A stretch of DNA of 64,000 bases from Chiloscyllium plagiosum (lineage: Eukaryota): the NCBI RefSeq assembly GCF_004010195.1, contig NC_057719.1:46138021-46202020 (forward strand), read 5' to 3'. Position numbers and translations under genes: made by a program. Below are positions 51,370-64,000 of this stretch, piece after piece. The number at the start of each line of letters is the position of its first letter. Position 1 is the first letter of the stretch. The notes beneath the pieces are model-generated. The model had not been told where the DNA came from. It ran no database searches and saw only the letters and a list, made by a program, of their open reading frames with translations.

Positions 51370-52330
51370 ACTAGGAGCAGGATTAGGCCAGCTGTCCCTT
51401 TGAGCCTGCGCTGCCATTCAATAAGATCATGGCCGATTTTTTTCATGGCCTCAGCTCCACTTACCACCTTCTCACCATAACCCTTAATTCCTTTACTGTT
51501 CAAAAATTATTTATCTTCGCTTTAAAAATATTTACTGAGGAAGCCTCAACCACTTCACTGGGCAAGGAATTTCATAGATTCATGACCCCCTAGGTGCAGA
51601 AGTTCCTTCTCAATTCAGTCCTAAATCTACTTCCCCTAATTTTGAGGCAATGCCCTCTTTTCCTAGTTTCACCCATCAGTGGAAACATCCTCTCTACTTC
51701 TAGTTTATCTATTCTCATTATTTTATATATGTTTCTATAAGATCCCCCATTCTTCTAAATTCCAATGAATAAATCCCAGTCGACTTGATTGGCTCCACAT
51801 TACATAAACATCCACTCCCTCTATGACCAATGCTCAGTAACAGCAGTGTGTAATATCTGTAAGATGCACTGCAGAAAATTGCCAAAGATCCTTAAAACAG
51901 CACCTTCCAAACCCCTAACCCCCTTAACTCCAGAATCAACCTAGTGAACTTCCTCTGTACCCCTTAGTGTGCGAGTATATCCTCTTAAGTAAGGAGACCA
52001 AAACTGCATGCAGTACTCCAGGTGTGGCCTCACCAGCACCCTATACAGCGACAACATAATCCCTCTGTGTTTAAACTCAATTCCTTTAGCAACAAAAGAC
52101 ACAATTCCATTTGCCTTCTTAATTACTTGTTGAACCTGCAGACAAACCTTCTGTGATTCATGCACAAGGACACCCAGGTTCCTCTGCACAGCAATATCGT
52201 CATTTCTTACCATTCAAGCAATTTTTACTGTTATTTTTACTGTTACTTTTTACTGTTATTCCTACAAAAATGGATGACATCACATTTATTAACATTGTAC
52301 TCCATCTGCCAGGCCTTTGCCCACTCGCTT
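51370..52330 (-). mobile_element. CR1 LINE 3' fragment nested in another LINE
   Basis: ORF 51941..52213 LGVLVHES..V..QV..VIKKAN...LYRVLVRPHLEYCMQFWSP. Confidence 0.85.
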
Positions 52331-52592
52331 TGCAAAGTATCACATTCCTCTACGCACTTATGGTGGATGGAAGGTCATTAATGAAGCCACTGAAGATGGT
52401 TGGGCATAGAACAGTACCCTGAGGAACTCCTGCAGAGATGCCCTGGAGCTGACATGGCTGACCTCCAAGAACCATAAAATTATCTTTAATGTCAAACTTT
52501 GTTAAATGCAGCCTTGATATCAAGGTCTATCACTCTCACCTCACCTCTGAACTCAGCTGTTTTTTCCATGTTTGCATCAAGGCTGTAATAAG

Positions 52593-52822
52593 GTAGTAGA
52601 AAGTGAGGACTACAGATGCTGGAGATCAGAGTCAAGAGTGTGGTGCTGGAAAAGCACAGCAGGTCAGTGAGCATCCGAGGAGCAGGAGAATCAACGTTTT
52701 GGGCATAAGCACTTCATCAGGAATCCTCTTTCATGATGAAGGGCTAATGCCTGAAACATCAATTCCCCAACTCTTCGAATGCTGCCTGACCTGCTGTGCT
52801 TTTCCAGCACCACACCTTTGAC
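52593..52822. mobile_element. 230-bp palindromic mini-element: two inverted PLE termini, each with a hammerhead remnant; perfect 16-bp TSD
   Basis: TSD tcaaggctgtaataag at 52577-52592 and 52823-52838; minus-strand hammerhead remnant ~52689-52724, plus-strand remnant ~52730-52764. Confidence 0.88.
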
Positions 52823-54709
52823 TCAAGGCTGTAATAAGCTGAGTGGCCCTCGTGGAACCCAAACTTGGTGTCACTGAGCAGGTTATTGCTGAGCAAGTGC
52901 TACTTGACAGTTCTGTTAATGACACCTTCCATCGCTTTACTGATGGGAGAGTAGACAGAGCAGTACAGATCCAACCCAGGCAATTACTACTACATGCACA
53001 CAGGACACACCTGGGCAATTTTCCACATTGTATTGGTAGAGTTGGCTAGGGGAGTGACAAGCTCTGGAGCACAAGTCTTCAGTACTATTGCCAGAATTGT
53101 GGCAGGGCCCTCAGCCTTTGTGATATCCACTACCTCCAACTGTTTCTTGACATCAAGTGGAGTGAATCAAATTGACTCAAACCTAGTATCTGTAACACTG
53201 GGGACCACTGCAGGAATCCAAGCTGGATCACCCACTACGCATTTCTGGCAGAGGATTGTTGCAGCCTCATCTTTTCTGATGATTTGCTGGCCTCTTCCAC
53301 CATTGAGGTTGGGGATATTTGTGGTGTTTCCTTCTCTTTCTCCAGCGAGTTGTTTAATTGTCTCACCACCATTCTCGATTGAATGTGGCAAGACTGCACA
53401 GCTTAGATCCGATCTGTTGGTTGTGGGATTGCTTAGCTTAATCCATCACTTGCTGCTTATGCTCTTTGGCAAGAAAATAGTCAGTTTAGCAGCTTCACTA
53501 GGTTGACACCTCACTTTTAGCATTGCCTAGTGCTGCTCCTGGCATTGTCCTCCAGCACTCTCCACTGAATCAGGATTGATCCCCTGGCTTGATGGTAATG
53601 GCTGAGTGGGTGATATGCCAGGCCATTAGGTGACAGACATGTTTGAGTATGATTCTGCTGCTGAGAGCCCACAGCACCACATGGATGCCCAGTCTTGCAT
53701 TACTACATCTGTTCAAAGTCGTCCCACTTAGCAGAGTGATAGTGCCACACAGCATGATGAAGTACCATACTGACCATTTTTTTTAAACCAGTATTTAATT
53801 TTCTAAATAAAATTAACTTTAATAATCAAAGATGAAATCACATACAGCCTTGGCAAACTTCATCAAGACCAGTACCACATAAGGGGCTTCTTCAGAATTC
53901 ACACCATTTCTTTAATCAATTCTACAGGATATCTACAAACGTAAGGCTAATCACCCTTGCGATTTTTCCATATTATGCTGGATTTTGAGAGATTAAGTAC
54001 ACTAAAGATTTGAAAATAAGCCACAGCATTACATTAGAAATCAAGATAATGCATATATTCTGCTCACTCAGTGGGGACAAGTTCCCTACTTCAAGAACAG
54101 AATCAAAGCAAAAGAGCAGCTTGGAATCAAAAGGTTCTCCCTAGCTTTAGATCTCATTTCAGCCTTGACCCAAATATCATCTAAAAACTGAATTACAGAT
54201 GTGAGGGGACAGACTGACTGCAACTGGCATCAGGTACGACTTCAGGAGCATGGCATCAAGCAATCCAAGCAAAATTGGTCAATGGGAGATGGGGGTGGAA
54301 ATTTCCACTAGTTCAGGTAATAAGCAAAACAATATTCATGCTTGATTAACGTTTGATGAGTAACTGACGTGCCACAAGCGTGAGCTAATAACCAGTAACC
54401 ATATATTTTGCAAACTTATTTTCTTTTACATTTCATTACAAGAAAAGATGGTTGGCAAAGCGACTGAAAATGGAGTCCACCTCCATAAAGCTATTCAGAA
54501 TTTCTAATGCATGCCCCAAAAATCATTTTACCAGACCAATTTAAAGTCTATTTTGTATTATAATAAAGTTGCTTTTATTTCTTTGATTTGATATTTATAC
54601 ATTCAATAAAGTTTTTTTAAAACATTCAAATGTTCAGTGTTGTAGTTAATAAAATAGTTGTCTTAACACATTACCTATTATTGTCACTCATTCCTCTAAA
54701 GTACAACTC

Positions 54710-55490
54710 CTAACTGAAGTGACACACCACAGTGAATATTACTCTACCCAAGTACCAGGCAATGGCCATCTCTGACAAGGGAAAGTCAAACCATCTCTTC
54801 TTAAAATTCCATATCATCACCAAAACTCACATTAGCTGACATCTAGGGAGTTACATTGATCAGAAACTGGAATGGACTAGCCATCTCAAATAGTGGCTAC
54901 AAAAGTAGGTCAGAGACTGGGAAGGTGGAGGCATAGAATTCAACCCCAGACTCTCAACAGCTTGTCCAATGTGTACAAAGCACAAGTCAGGGGTGTGAAG
55001 GAACATTCTCTCTCCACTTGGCTGAATGGATGAAACTGCAACAGTCAAGTAGTTCAACATTACTCAAGGCAAAGCAGCTGTTTGATTGGCACCCCATCCA
55101 CAAGCTTCAAAAAATTCACACTTCTCCACTACTGATGCACAATGGCAGGGGTGCGCACCATCTGGAAGATGCACTGTAGCAACATGCCAAAACTCCTCTG
55201 ATGGAACCTCCCATGGTCACAATTTACAAGGGCAGCAGACACATGGGAACAGTATCAATGGCAACTTCTAAAAATCACACATCATCCTGACTTGGAACTT
55301 TATCACTGTCCTGCCACTGTCACTCAGGCAAATTCCTGGAAAACCCACCCTATCAATAATATGGGTATACCTATGCCACACAGACTACAGCATTTCAAGA
55401 ATGCTGTTATTACCCCTTCTCATTGGTGATTAGAGATGGGCAATAAATGCTGGCCTTGCCAGCAAAACGCACATTCCACAAAATGAGAAT
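54710..55490 (+). mobile_element. CR1/L2-type LINE 3' fragment
   Basis: Same family as 12560 and 60710; ends gggcaataaatgctggccttgccagc. Confidence 0.7.
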
Positions 55491-55841
55491 TAAGGAAAAT
55501 TGTCTTAGATCTTCTTAAGTGACAGAGTAGAACATGTATTTACTGCATTATAAAAACAAATAAACTGAATTAATACAAGATGTACAGATGATGTGTCTTT
55601 ACAGTGAGAAATGAATCATGTCCAAATGTTAGGATTAGATTACATCTTGCACTCCAACATGATCACTTGTCTCCATATGTCACACAGTGGGATGATGGAT
55701 TTGTATTTTAAAATAATGCATTTGGAAAGATTCTGTACATCCAAAGTATTTCCATCATTTATGATGTTTTAACATCAAATTTTGTAAAACGCTGCCCATG
55801 GAAAACTTATGATTGAAATCACATGAATATTAGTGGAAATT

Positions 55842-56306
55842 ATAGAATCACAACAGCATGGAAGCAGGTCATTCGGCCTATCAAGGTTTCGGGGATAAAC
55901 TCTTCAACAGAAATGAGGCTCGTGACCAGGGGCTGACTCGGCTCACCCCCCTGGCTCACAAGCCTCATGCCTGATGAAGGGCTAATGCCCAAAACTTCGA
56001 TTCTCCTACTCCTCGGATGCTTTTCCAGCACCACACTCTCGACTCGGACCTCCAGCATCTACAGTCCTCACTTTCTCCCATTTGGCCTATCAAGTCCACA
56101 CTGGTCCTCCAATCCAGGACCCACCCCTTCACTGTAAATCGCTGATTTACCATGGACAATCTACCTAACCTGCACATTTTTAGACTGTGGAAGGAAACCT
56201 GAGCACCCAGGAGAAACCCAGCAGACACGGAAAGAATATGCAAACTCCACGCAGACAATTGTCAGACGGTGGAATCAAACCTGAGTCCTTGGTGCTACGA
56301 GACACT
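55842..56306 (-). mobile_element. HE1/V-SINE-like SINE interrupted by a PLE mini-element
   Basis: SINE tail 55842-55885 resumes at 56095 (tccacactgg...aacctgcacat...aaactccac). Confidence 0.8.
55886..56078. mobile_element. PLE mini-element with inverted termini, 16-bp TSD
   Basis: TSD catt(c/t)ggcctatcaag at 55870-55885 and 56079-56094; plus arm CTGATGAAGGGCTAATGCCCAAAAC...ctttctcc. Confidence 0.85.
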
Positions 56307-59096
56307 AAGCAATCATTTTGAAATGTTAATGATGTTGTCTTTCTTGGCTTGCCACCAGGCAGCACTGTGCAACAATTTTCTAACATGGTCTTTACCATTT
56401 TTATACTTTTTTTTAAGGCAAGTCATTACAAAATGAACCTAAAAAAAATTTGCTATAATGTTAAAGCATTTTCAAACACGTTAATTAAACATGTTCATTT
56501 GAATACTTGGTTCTTTCTAAGCATTCTGCTCTTGTTTTCAGACATTACATCCTCTCATGAACTTCAGCTCTCTTTCCATGTTAAACAAATCTTTTAGGCA
56601 AGAATCTAGTTCACATACTGGTATTCAGGCATGCTATGGTTCATCTAAAATCAATGAAATTAAATCCAAGATATATTCAGAGACAGACTGCTTTTCAGTG
56701 TTAAAATATAAAACTGAAGTTTAAACTCTCTGGAATTTTTAAATTAAAAAAAACTCAACCATCAGAGAATTTCCTTTGACAACACCTGTGTAGCAGATGG
56801 AACTATGCATAATCAACACCAGCTCAATGCACACACATTGCTTGACATAAAACACATGTTCTCATTTCCACGGTCAACAGAAATTTATTAGCTAGATTTC
56901 CATAGAGCAACAATGCAAGAGCCCATATTTCTCCAGCATCTGTCACACATTGAAAATCTTAGAGCAGAAGAGAGAAAGTACAACTGCGTGTGTAGAAAAT
57001 GGTCAAAACAGGAAAGGAATAAAGTTTGAGCAAGCAATGACCCCAACAACAGGCAGAAAAGCTGGGAACAACTGTGCCTCGCACATTTGAGAGAGCCCTG
57101 ATTGAAATCTGTGTGAATACGGCAACATGATGTGTTGCCATTAAGGCACCCATTCTTTTTTTTTTAACAAGAAAAATAATCTATTTCTTCTGTCACAGAG
57201 AGCCGACAGTGGTTGGGACTGCACAAGCCCAGTGTAGTAGAATGAGTACCACCTGAGAACCAAGGTCAAGCTCAGCCCTGAAAAAGGATAATTATTAAAT
57301 GAGCTTTGGAGGGAGAAGGGTTGGGGTGTGGTGAGAGGGCTGCTCCTATGGGCTAGAGACTGACCAATTTGATGCCTCCAAAGGATTCATCTGTCCACTT
57401 CTGGACAGTGAAGGGCCTGGCCACTACTGGTTAAATGGCAGCAATGGCAGAAAAAGGTTTTAATTGGCCAATCAGCTTCTAGCAGAATGACCATCTCTGC
57501 CTTCCCAGTTACTGGGTCAGGATTTTTTCCAGCAACTCATCCTTTCTTTCTCTCTAACCCTTCCTGCATGCCACATTAAAATTCTGTCCCATGAGTACGG
57601 TGGCCAGCAGAACAGCAGTCAATTGCAGAACAGCAAGCAAGCTGATAGTAGCACAGTTGAAGGAATTCGACAGCTATGATGGTGGCATGTTTCCTAGGTA
57701 ATGATTCATGAAACGAATAGAAAAAAAATAAAATTCAAGCTGCAAAATGGACATGAACCTCCAAAAACCTTTGGATAAAAATTCCACAAACTGAAATTAT
57801 GACAAGCAATGTCATATGCTTTGTCTTTACGCATTTAAGATCTATGATATAAATAGTTTGTGTAACTTACATTTGAAATCCTGTGATCTGAACCAAAATC
57901 CCTCCAAAGCAATTTAAATTTTTTGTGAAGTGTATTGATTGCTTACCTACATCAGAAATGGCAGATGTAATCTAAAAGTTTATAGAACTGTAGATAAAAA
58001 AAAGCAAGCTTGCAACTTTATGGGCAACATGAAGCTGCAAGGTATGAGTAACTGGTCACTGGCAAAGGACCAACAATTTTCAAGGCTTTCTTTCCTCTTT
58101 GTAGGTCTTCCCCTATTTTACTGTATTACTTGAATCACAGGGAAATATTGGACAAGTATAATATTCAACAATTAATGCAGAACTATGCCAAAAGTTTGCA
58201 AGAATCAGACTGAGAGCCCTATTCATTCTAATACAAAAATGTCTTAAGGCAGCAACCTCAAGGGCACACTGCACCTTAGGAAACTTGATACATCTTTATG
58301 CAGAAAATCTATTAAAAGGGTTTTCTATAGAAATGTGGATGGACATCCATTCCGGCTGCAGGGGGAAAAAATATGCAAGTGTAGTGCTTGGTTCCACCAC
58401 TAGATTTTGTACAGTTTTTTACTGTTGGCTTAGGCAAATGAGTATACAAATGATTCACTTGCCATAGCCATAATTCATGTGGACTTCTGTTAAACAACAA
58501 CCACAAGTTAGAGTGTGGAAAACGATTCATGCTAACAAAAAAAAAGTCAAGCAACAAGTACTCCCAAAACAGACGTGATATTGGGCTTCCCTAAAATAAG
58601 GCTGATGAACTAACCAGTCAGCTCAGTGGCAAAGTCAATTGAAGTTTCAACTGGAAAGGTTTATTTGCAGCCAACTGCTATTTGTTCTGGTCCACAAAGG
58701 CAGTAATAGATTTAGACTTTCTTTTTCTGAAGTAAATGCCAGTCCTTTCATTTACCTTTGTTATGCAGGACAAAATAATGTCTCCAAACTCAACCCTGCC
58801 AGTAAATTAGTTGATCATTAAACAAAACAAAAACAAATTCATGCTTTGGATTGTTAAATTAGATTTAGAGAGGAGTCACCTTCTTCCTAAAAATGCATAA
58901 GTGTCATCCATAATATAACCGATGAATACCAATAGGTCTTCCATAATAAGTATCCAGGCAGCGAGACAAAACTAGCATAGTAGTTGCAAACTCAAAAACA
59001 AAAAATTAGAGAAAATATATCAGTAGCATTAGAATCAGGAACTTTCCTGAAAAGTACAGTCCAAATACAGAATAATGCCTACCACAAAGCTGTGGT

Positions 59097-59797
59097 AGGC
59101 ATGGAAACAGACCCTTGGGTCCAACCCATCCATGCCGACCAGATATCCTAACCCAATCTAGTCCCACCGGCCCATATCTCTCCAAACCCTTCCTATTCAT
59201 ATACCCATCCAAATTCCTCTTAAATGTTGCAATTGTATCAGCTTCCACCACTTCCTCTGGCAGCACATTCCATACATGTACGACCCTCTGCGTGAAAAAG
59301 TTGCCCTGTAGGTCTCTTTTATATCTTTCCCCGCTCATTCTAAACCTATGCCCTCCAGTTCTGGACACCCCCACCCCAGGGAAAGACTTTGACTATTTAC
59401 CCTATCCATGCCTCTCATAATTTTGTAAACCTCTATAAAGGTCACCCCTCAGCCTCCGAAGCTCCAGGGAAAACAACCACAGCCTGTTCAGCCTCTCCCT
59501 GTAGCTCAAATCCTCCAACCCTGGCAACATCCTTGTAAATCTTCTCTGAACCCTTTCAAGTTTCACAACATCTTTTCGATAGGAAGGAGACCAGAATTGC
59601 ACGCAATATTCCAAAAGTGGCCTAACCAATGTCCTGTACAGCCGCAACATGACCTCTCAACTCCTGTAATCAATACTCTGAGCAATAAAGGAAAGTATAC
59701 AAAACTATTCTTCACTATCCTATCTACGTGCGACTCCACTTTCAAGGAGCTATGAACCTGCACTCCAAGGTCTCTTTGTTCAGCAACACTCCCTAGC
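59097..59797 (-). mobile_element. CR1 (HER1-like) LINE 3' fragment
   Basis: ORF 59402..59650 LYRTLVRPLLEYCVQFWSP...RLRGDL. Confidence 0.92.
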
Positions 59798-60709
59798 TCC
59801 TTTAGATGCCTTTATTTACTCAAACTGTCTGAAATTTTAAAAACACCATCAGCCATTCAGAGCCTGACAGAACTTAAAAAGAATATTTCCCATGGATATA
59901 GTTCTTGTTCCAGTTGAAAAGTATTAGGATGTATGACAACACTTACATTCTGACAACCAATGAAGCAGCCAAATGTCGGACACATTCTTTTGATGGACCA
60001 CAGACTAAAAAATACATTTGCATCGCAATACACGATCCAATATAGTAAATTTAAGGTGTCAAAACATTTTAGATTTACTTTTCAGAGCACTCCTGACTCC
60101 TCAACCGGTTTTCTTAAATCATGAACTATCCAAGATGGAGAGATTTACAGCAATATGCGAGAATGAATTGAGAGAAGAAATATCATTTCTTTCTGTGATC
60201 CTCACTATGGGGACCCTGATCTTAGAAGTGCATGGGCATTTTGCATCCAAGTACTCCTTGACCACAAGAAAGCCTTTCTTTTGTTTTTTGCAACAACATT
60301 CAGCATTTCAAGCCCCAACTTGCAACTGTACATCTGCTCCATGGTGCTCAAGATCGTATCCTATTCTGCATTTCATCATAATTTCTGCAATTTAGTTAGC
60401 AAAAAGATCTGACCTTAATACTGGTCGAGCAATAAAAAAAATCAATATTCAAATCTCTTTACAATGATGCATGAGGATTTTTTTAAAAAGTAAGTTTGTT
60501 AAGTCAAGAAAATGAATTAGCTACCATTGTTGACAAGGACAGATTTGCTCTTGAAGGTGAATGGTTTTCAATCTCTTGTCTCATTCCTTATTTTAGATCA
60601 TTATGAAACAACAATTACATAGAAGTAATCAGTTTACTTTGGTATTTCTTCTCAAACTCAACAATGGTCTTGGTTCCAGAAACATTTTGAACATCTTATC
60701 TTTTGGACT

Positions 60710-61400
60710 TGTGGCAATGATACATTGCCCCATGACATTCAACGGCATCACCATCAACAAATCACCCAATACGGGAATCATGTGGGTTACCACTGACCAG
60801 GAACTGAACTGGACTAGTCATAGTCCTGCAGCTGTAAGAGCAGGCCAGAAGCTTGGAATCTATTAATGAGCATCTCACCTCATGTCTCCCTAAAGCCTGC
60901 CTACCATTTACAAGGCACAAGTCAGAAGCATATTGGAATATACCTCGTTTGCCTGGACGGATGGCTATCCAACAAACACTCAAGAAACTTGACAACATTC
61001 AAGACAAAGCAGCCTGCTTGATTGATGCTACATCCACAAGGAAAAATCCAGTCTCTTCATCACCAACACTCAGTAGCAGCAATATATGCTATGTATAAGA
61101 TGCACTGCAGAAATTCACTAAAACTCCTCAGATAACAGCTTCCAAACTCATGAGCACTGCCACCTAGACGTCAAGGGCTTCAGACACATGGGAACACCAA
61201 CTGCAAGCTCATCTTGAAATCACCCTCTATCCAAACTCAGAAAAGTATTGCTGTTCATTCAGATCAAAATCCTACAAGTTCCTAACAACGCTGCGTGTAT
61301 ACTGACTCAAATGGACTGCAGAGGTTCAAGAAGACAGCTCATGACTACTTCTCACGGATAACCTACAATGGACAATAATGTTGGTCTATCCAATGACTCT
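60710..61400 (+). mobile_element. CR1/L2-type LINE 3' fragment
   Basis: TDQELNWTSH / LKKLDNIQDKAACLI remnants. Confidence 0.7.
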
Positions 61401-61404
61401 TGTT

Positions 61405-63358
61405 TGGTTAAGAAAAAGAAGGAAGTATATGTCAGGTATAGACAGAATAGATTGAGTGAATCCTTTGAAGAGTAAAGGCAGTCGGGGTATACTTAAGAGA
61501 GAAATCAAGAGGGCAAAAAGGGGATATGAGATAGCTTTGGCAAATAGAATTAAGGAGAATCTAAAGGGCTTTTTTCAAATACATTAAGGACAAAAGGGTA
61601 ACTAGGGAGAGAATAGCCCTCTCAAAGATTAGCAAGGCAGCCTTTGTGTGGAGCCGCAGAAAATGGGGGAGATACTAAACGAGTATTATGCATCAGTATT
61701 TACTGTGGAAAAAGGGCATGGAAGATATAGAATGTAGGGAAATAGACATCTTAAATAAAATTTCCATATTACAGAGAAGGAAGTGCTGGATGCTTTGAAA
61801 TGCATAAAAGTGGATAAACCCCCAGGACCTGATCAGGTGTACCCTAGAACTCTGGGAAGCTAGGGAAGTGATTGCTGTGCCTCTTGCTGAGATATTTGTA
61901 TCATCGATAGTCACAGGTGAGGTGCTGGAAGACTGGAGGTTGGCTAACGTGGTGCCACTGTTTAAGAAAAAAGTGGTACGGACAAGCCAAGGAACTATAG
62001 ACCAGTGAGCCTGATGTCAGTGGTGGGCAAGTTATTGGAGGGAGTCCTCATGTACATGTATTTGGAAAGGCAAGGACTGATTAGGAATAGTCAACATGGT
62101 TTTATGCATGGGAAATCATTTCTCACAAACTTGATTTGAGTTTTTTTGAAGGAGTAACAAAGAGGACTAATGAGGGCAGAGCCGTAGATGTGATCTATAT
62201 GGACTTCAGTAAGGCGTTTGACAAGGTTCCCCATTGGGAGACTGGTGAGCAAGGTTAGATCTCATGGAATACAGGGAGAACTTGCCACTTAGGTACAGAA
62301 TAGGCTCAAAAGGTAGAAGAAAGAAGGTAGTGGTGGTGGGTTGTTTTTCAGACTGAAGGCCTGTGACCAGTGGAGTGCCACAAGGATCGATGCTGGGTCC
62401 ACTACTTTTCATCATTTATATAAATAATTTGGATGTGAGCAAAAGAGGTATAGTTAGTAAGTTTCCAGATGACACCAAAATTGGAGGTGTAGTGGACAGC
62501 GAAGAAGGTTATGTCAGATTACAATGGGATCTTGATCAGATGGGCCAAGATGGAATGGCAGATGGAATTTAATTTAGATAAATGTGAAGTGCTAGTTTTT
62601 GGGAAAGCAAATCTTAGCAGGACTTATACACTTAATGGTAAGGTCCTAGGGAGTGTTGCTGAACAAAGAGACCTTGGAGTGCAGGTTCATAGCTCCTTGA
62701 AAGCAGAATCGCAAGAAGATAGCAAAGTTTGGTATGCTTTCCTTTATTGGTCAGAGTATTGAGTACAGGAGTTAGGAGGTCATGTTGCAGCTGTACAGGG
62801 CATTGGTTAGGCCACTGTTGGAATATTGCATGCAATTCTGGTTTCCTTCCTATTGGAAAGGTGTTGCAAAACCTGAAAGGGTTCAGAAAATATTTGCAAG
62901 GATGTTGCCAGGGTTGGAGGATTTGAGCTATAGGGAGAGGTTGAATTGGCTGGGGCTCTTTTCCCTGGAGCGTCGGAGGCTGAGGGGTGACCTCAGAGGT
63001 TTATAAAATCATGAGGGGCATGAATAGGATAAATAGGCAAAGTCTTTTCCCTGGGGTAGGGAAGTGCAGAACTAGAGGGCATAGATTTAGGGTGAGCGGG
63101 GAAAGATATAAAAGAGACCTAAGGAGCAACCTTTTCACGCAGAGGGTGGTAAGTGTATGGAATGAGCTGCCAGAGGAAGTGATGGAGGCTAGTACAATTG
63201 CAACATTTAAAAGACTTCTGATTGGGTATATGAATGAAAGGATTTGGAGAGATATGGGCCAGGTGCTGGCAGGTGGGACTAGATTGGGTTGGGATAGCTG
63301 GTCAGCATGGACGAGTTGGACAAAGGGTCTGTTTCCGTGCTGTACATCTCTATGACTC
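61405..63358 (+). mobile_element. CR1 (HER1-like) LINE, ~2 kb including RT, frameshifted
   Basis: TSGVPQGSMLGPLLFIIYIN...KFPDDTKI; FNLDKCEV; LYRALVRPLLEYC; FTQRVV..WN. Confidence 0.93.
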
Positions 63359-64000
63359 CATGGGAGATGTGACTTGAATCCAAATAGTCTGACCTAGAGG
63401 TAGGGATACTACAGAAAGAGCTCTTTAGTCCCAGTTTTTTGTGTTTACTCTATCCATAAAATTTGAATTCCTTTTTCTTCACAAGTGTAACAATTCCTAA
63501 ATTGTGTCATGTCCTCAGCTTCAGTCACTAAACTCATGAGGTACAGGTTACAGCCCTACCCACTTCCCCCATCCCACCAAGGATTTTTCCTACATCCCTT
63601 ACATTCTACATGGCTCCTTAGCCTATTCCCATCCTTCTTTAATTTTATATCTCATCATCAAAATTCAAATTTGTTATCCCACCCTCCATCCATTCTTGAG
63701 CAGCCTCCACGGTTTACTTCCCATTGCATCTTTGTATCTTTAATGCATATAGTTTACCTAACTTCTCAAACTCTTTCTTTTATAAACACTGGTCACACGC
63801 TTTTAACCTATTCAGGATTTACCACCTTCCCATTTCTTGACTTTTTAAACCTCAGCTTTTTGTGCCCAAGGGAAACATTTTTCCTCCTGCGACTTTTTAT
63901 TGCTAGTTTTCAAGCCAGCAGCAGTTAAAAATAGAAACCTTCTTGAAATACAGGTAAAGCAGTCTCTTCAAAAAAAATCTTTTTCAATGATCAGTGTGCC

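Larger units (their letters stand above)
48850..53760 (-). mobile_element. Long CR1/L2-type LINE hosting nested insertions
   Basis: Segments 48850-49613, 51232-51360, 52340-52592 and 52823-53760 are colinear: MEYSPLAW...LDTIQDKA; EVRVIDLDIKAAFNKV (RT). Confidence 0.75.

Noticed and set aside
2821..56078. Recurrent gtgctggaaaagcacagc motif as a CRISPR-like repeat
   Set aside because: Dispersed, on both strands, with no regular spacers; it is the PLE terminal repeat in a vertebrate intron.
47390..64000. First coding exon of FERMT2 (MALDGIR...)
   Set aside because: Searched by eye and not found; presumably beyond the right edge. The next downstream exon (YHINKL...) was likewise not found in 1-7401.

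Overview
Eukaryotic (vertebrate) genomic DNA, most likely a shark; this is inferred from the HE1/V-SINE-like SINEs, CR1 LINEs and Penelope-like repeat families, and the species is not determinable. The window lies inside FERMT2 (kindlin-2) on the minus strand. Five canonical coding exons are present (47389-47156, 32042-31902, 8539-8314, 8211-8109, 7509-7402). An in-frame 33-nt micro-exon (8775-8743, GSDVLYIGPSK) is missed by the ORF track and is preceded by a dense YGCY/TGCATG cluster. The first coding exon and the exons after ...FAALQ were not found. The introns are full of repeats: Penelope-like elements (PLEs; RT + GIY-YIG), CR1/L2 LINE fragments, tRNA-derived SINEs, Tigger/pogo derivatives and Harbinger Myb/SANT relics. 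The most striking non-coding signal is that PLE termini carry minimal type I hammerhead ribozyme motifs (three intact copies). A recurring class of 85-230 bp insertions consists only of inverted PLE termini, flanked by ~12-16 bp target-site duplications (TSDs). Three N-gaps all fall within PLE copies. Exon numbering and human exon sizes are from memory.
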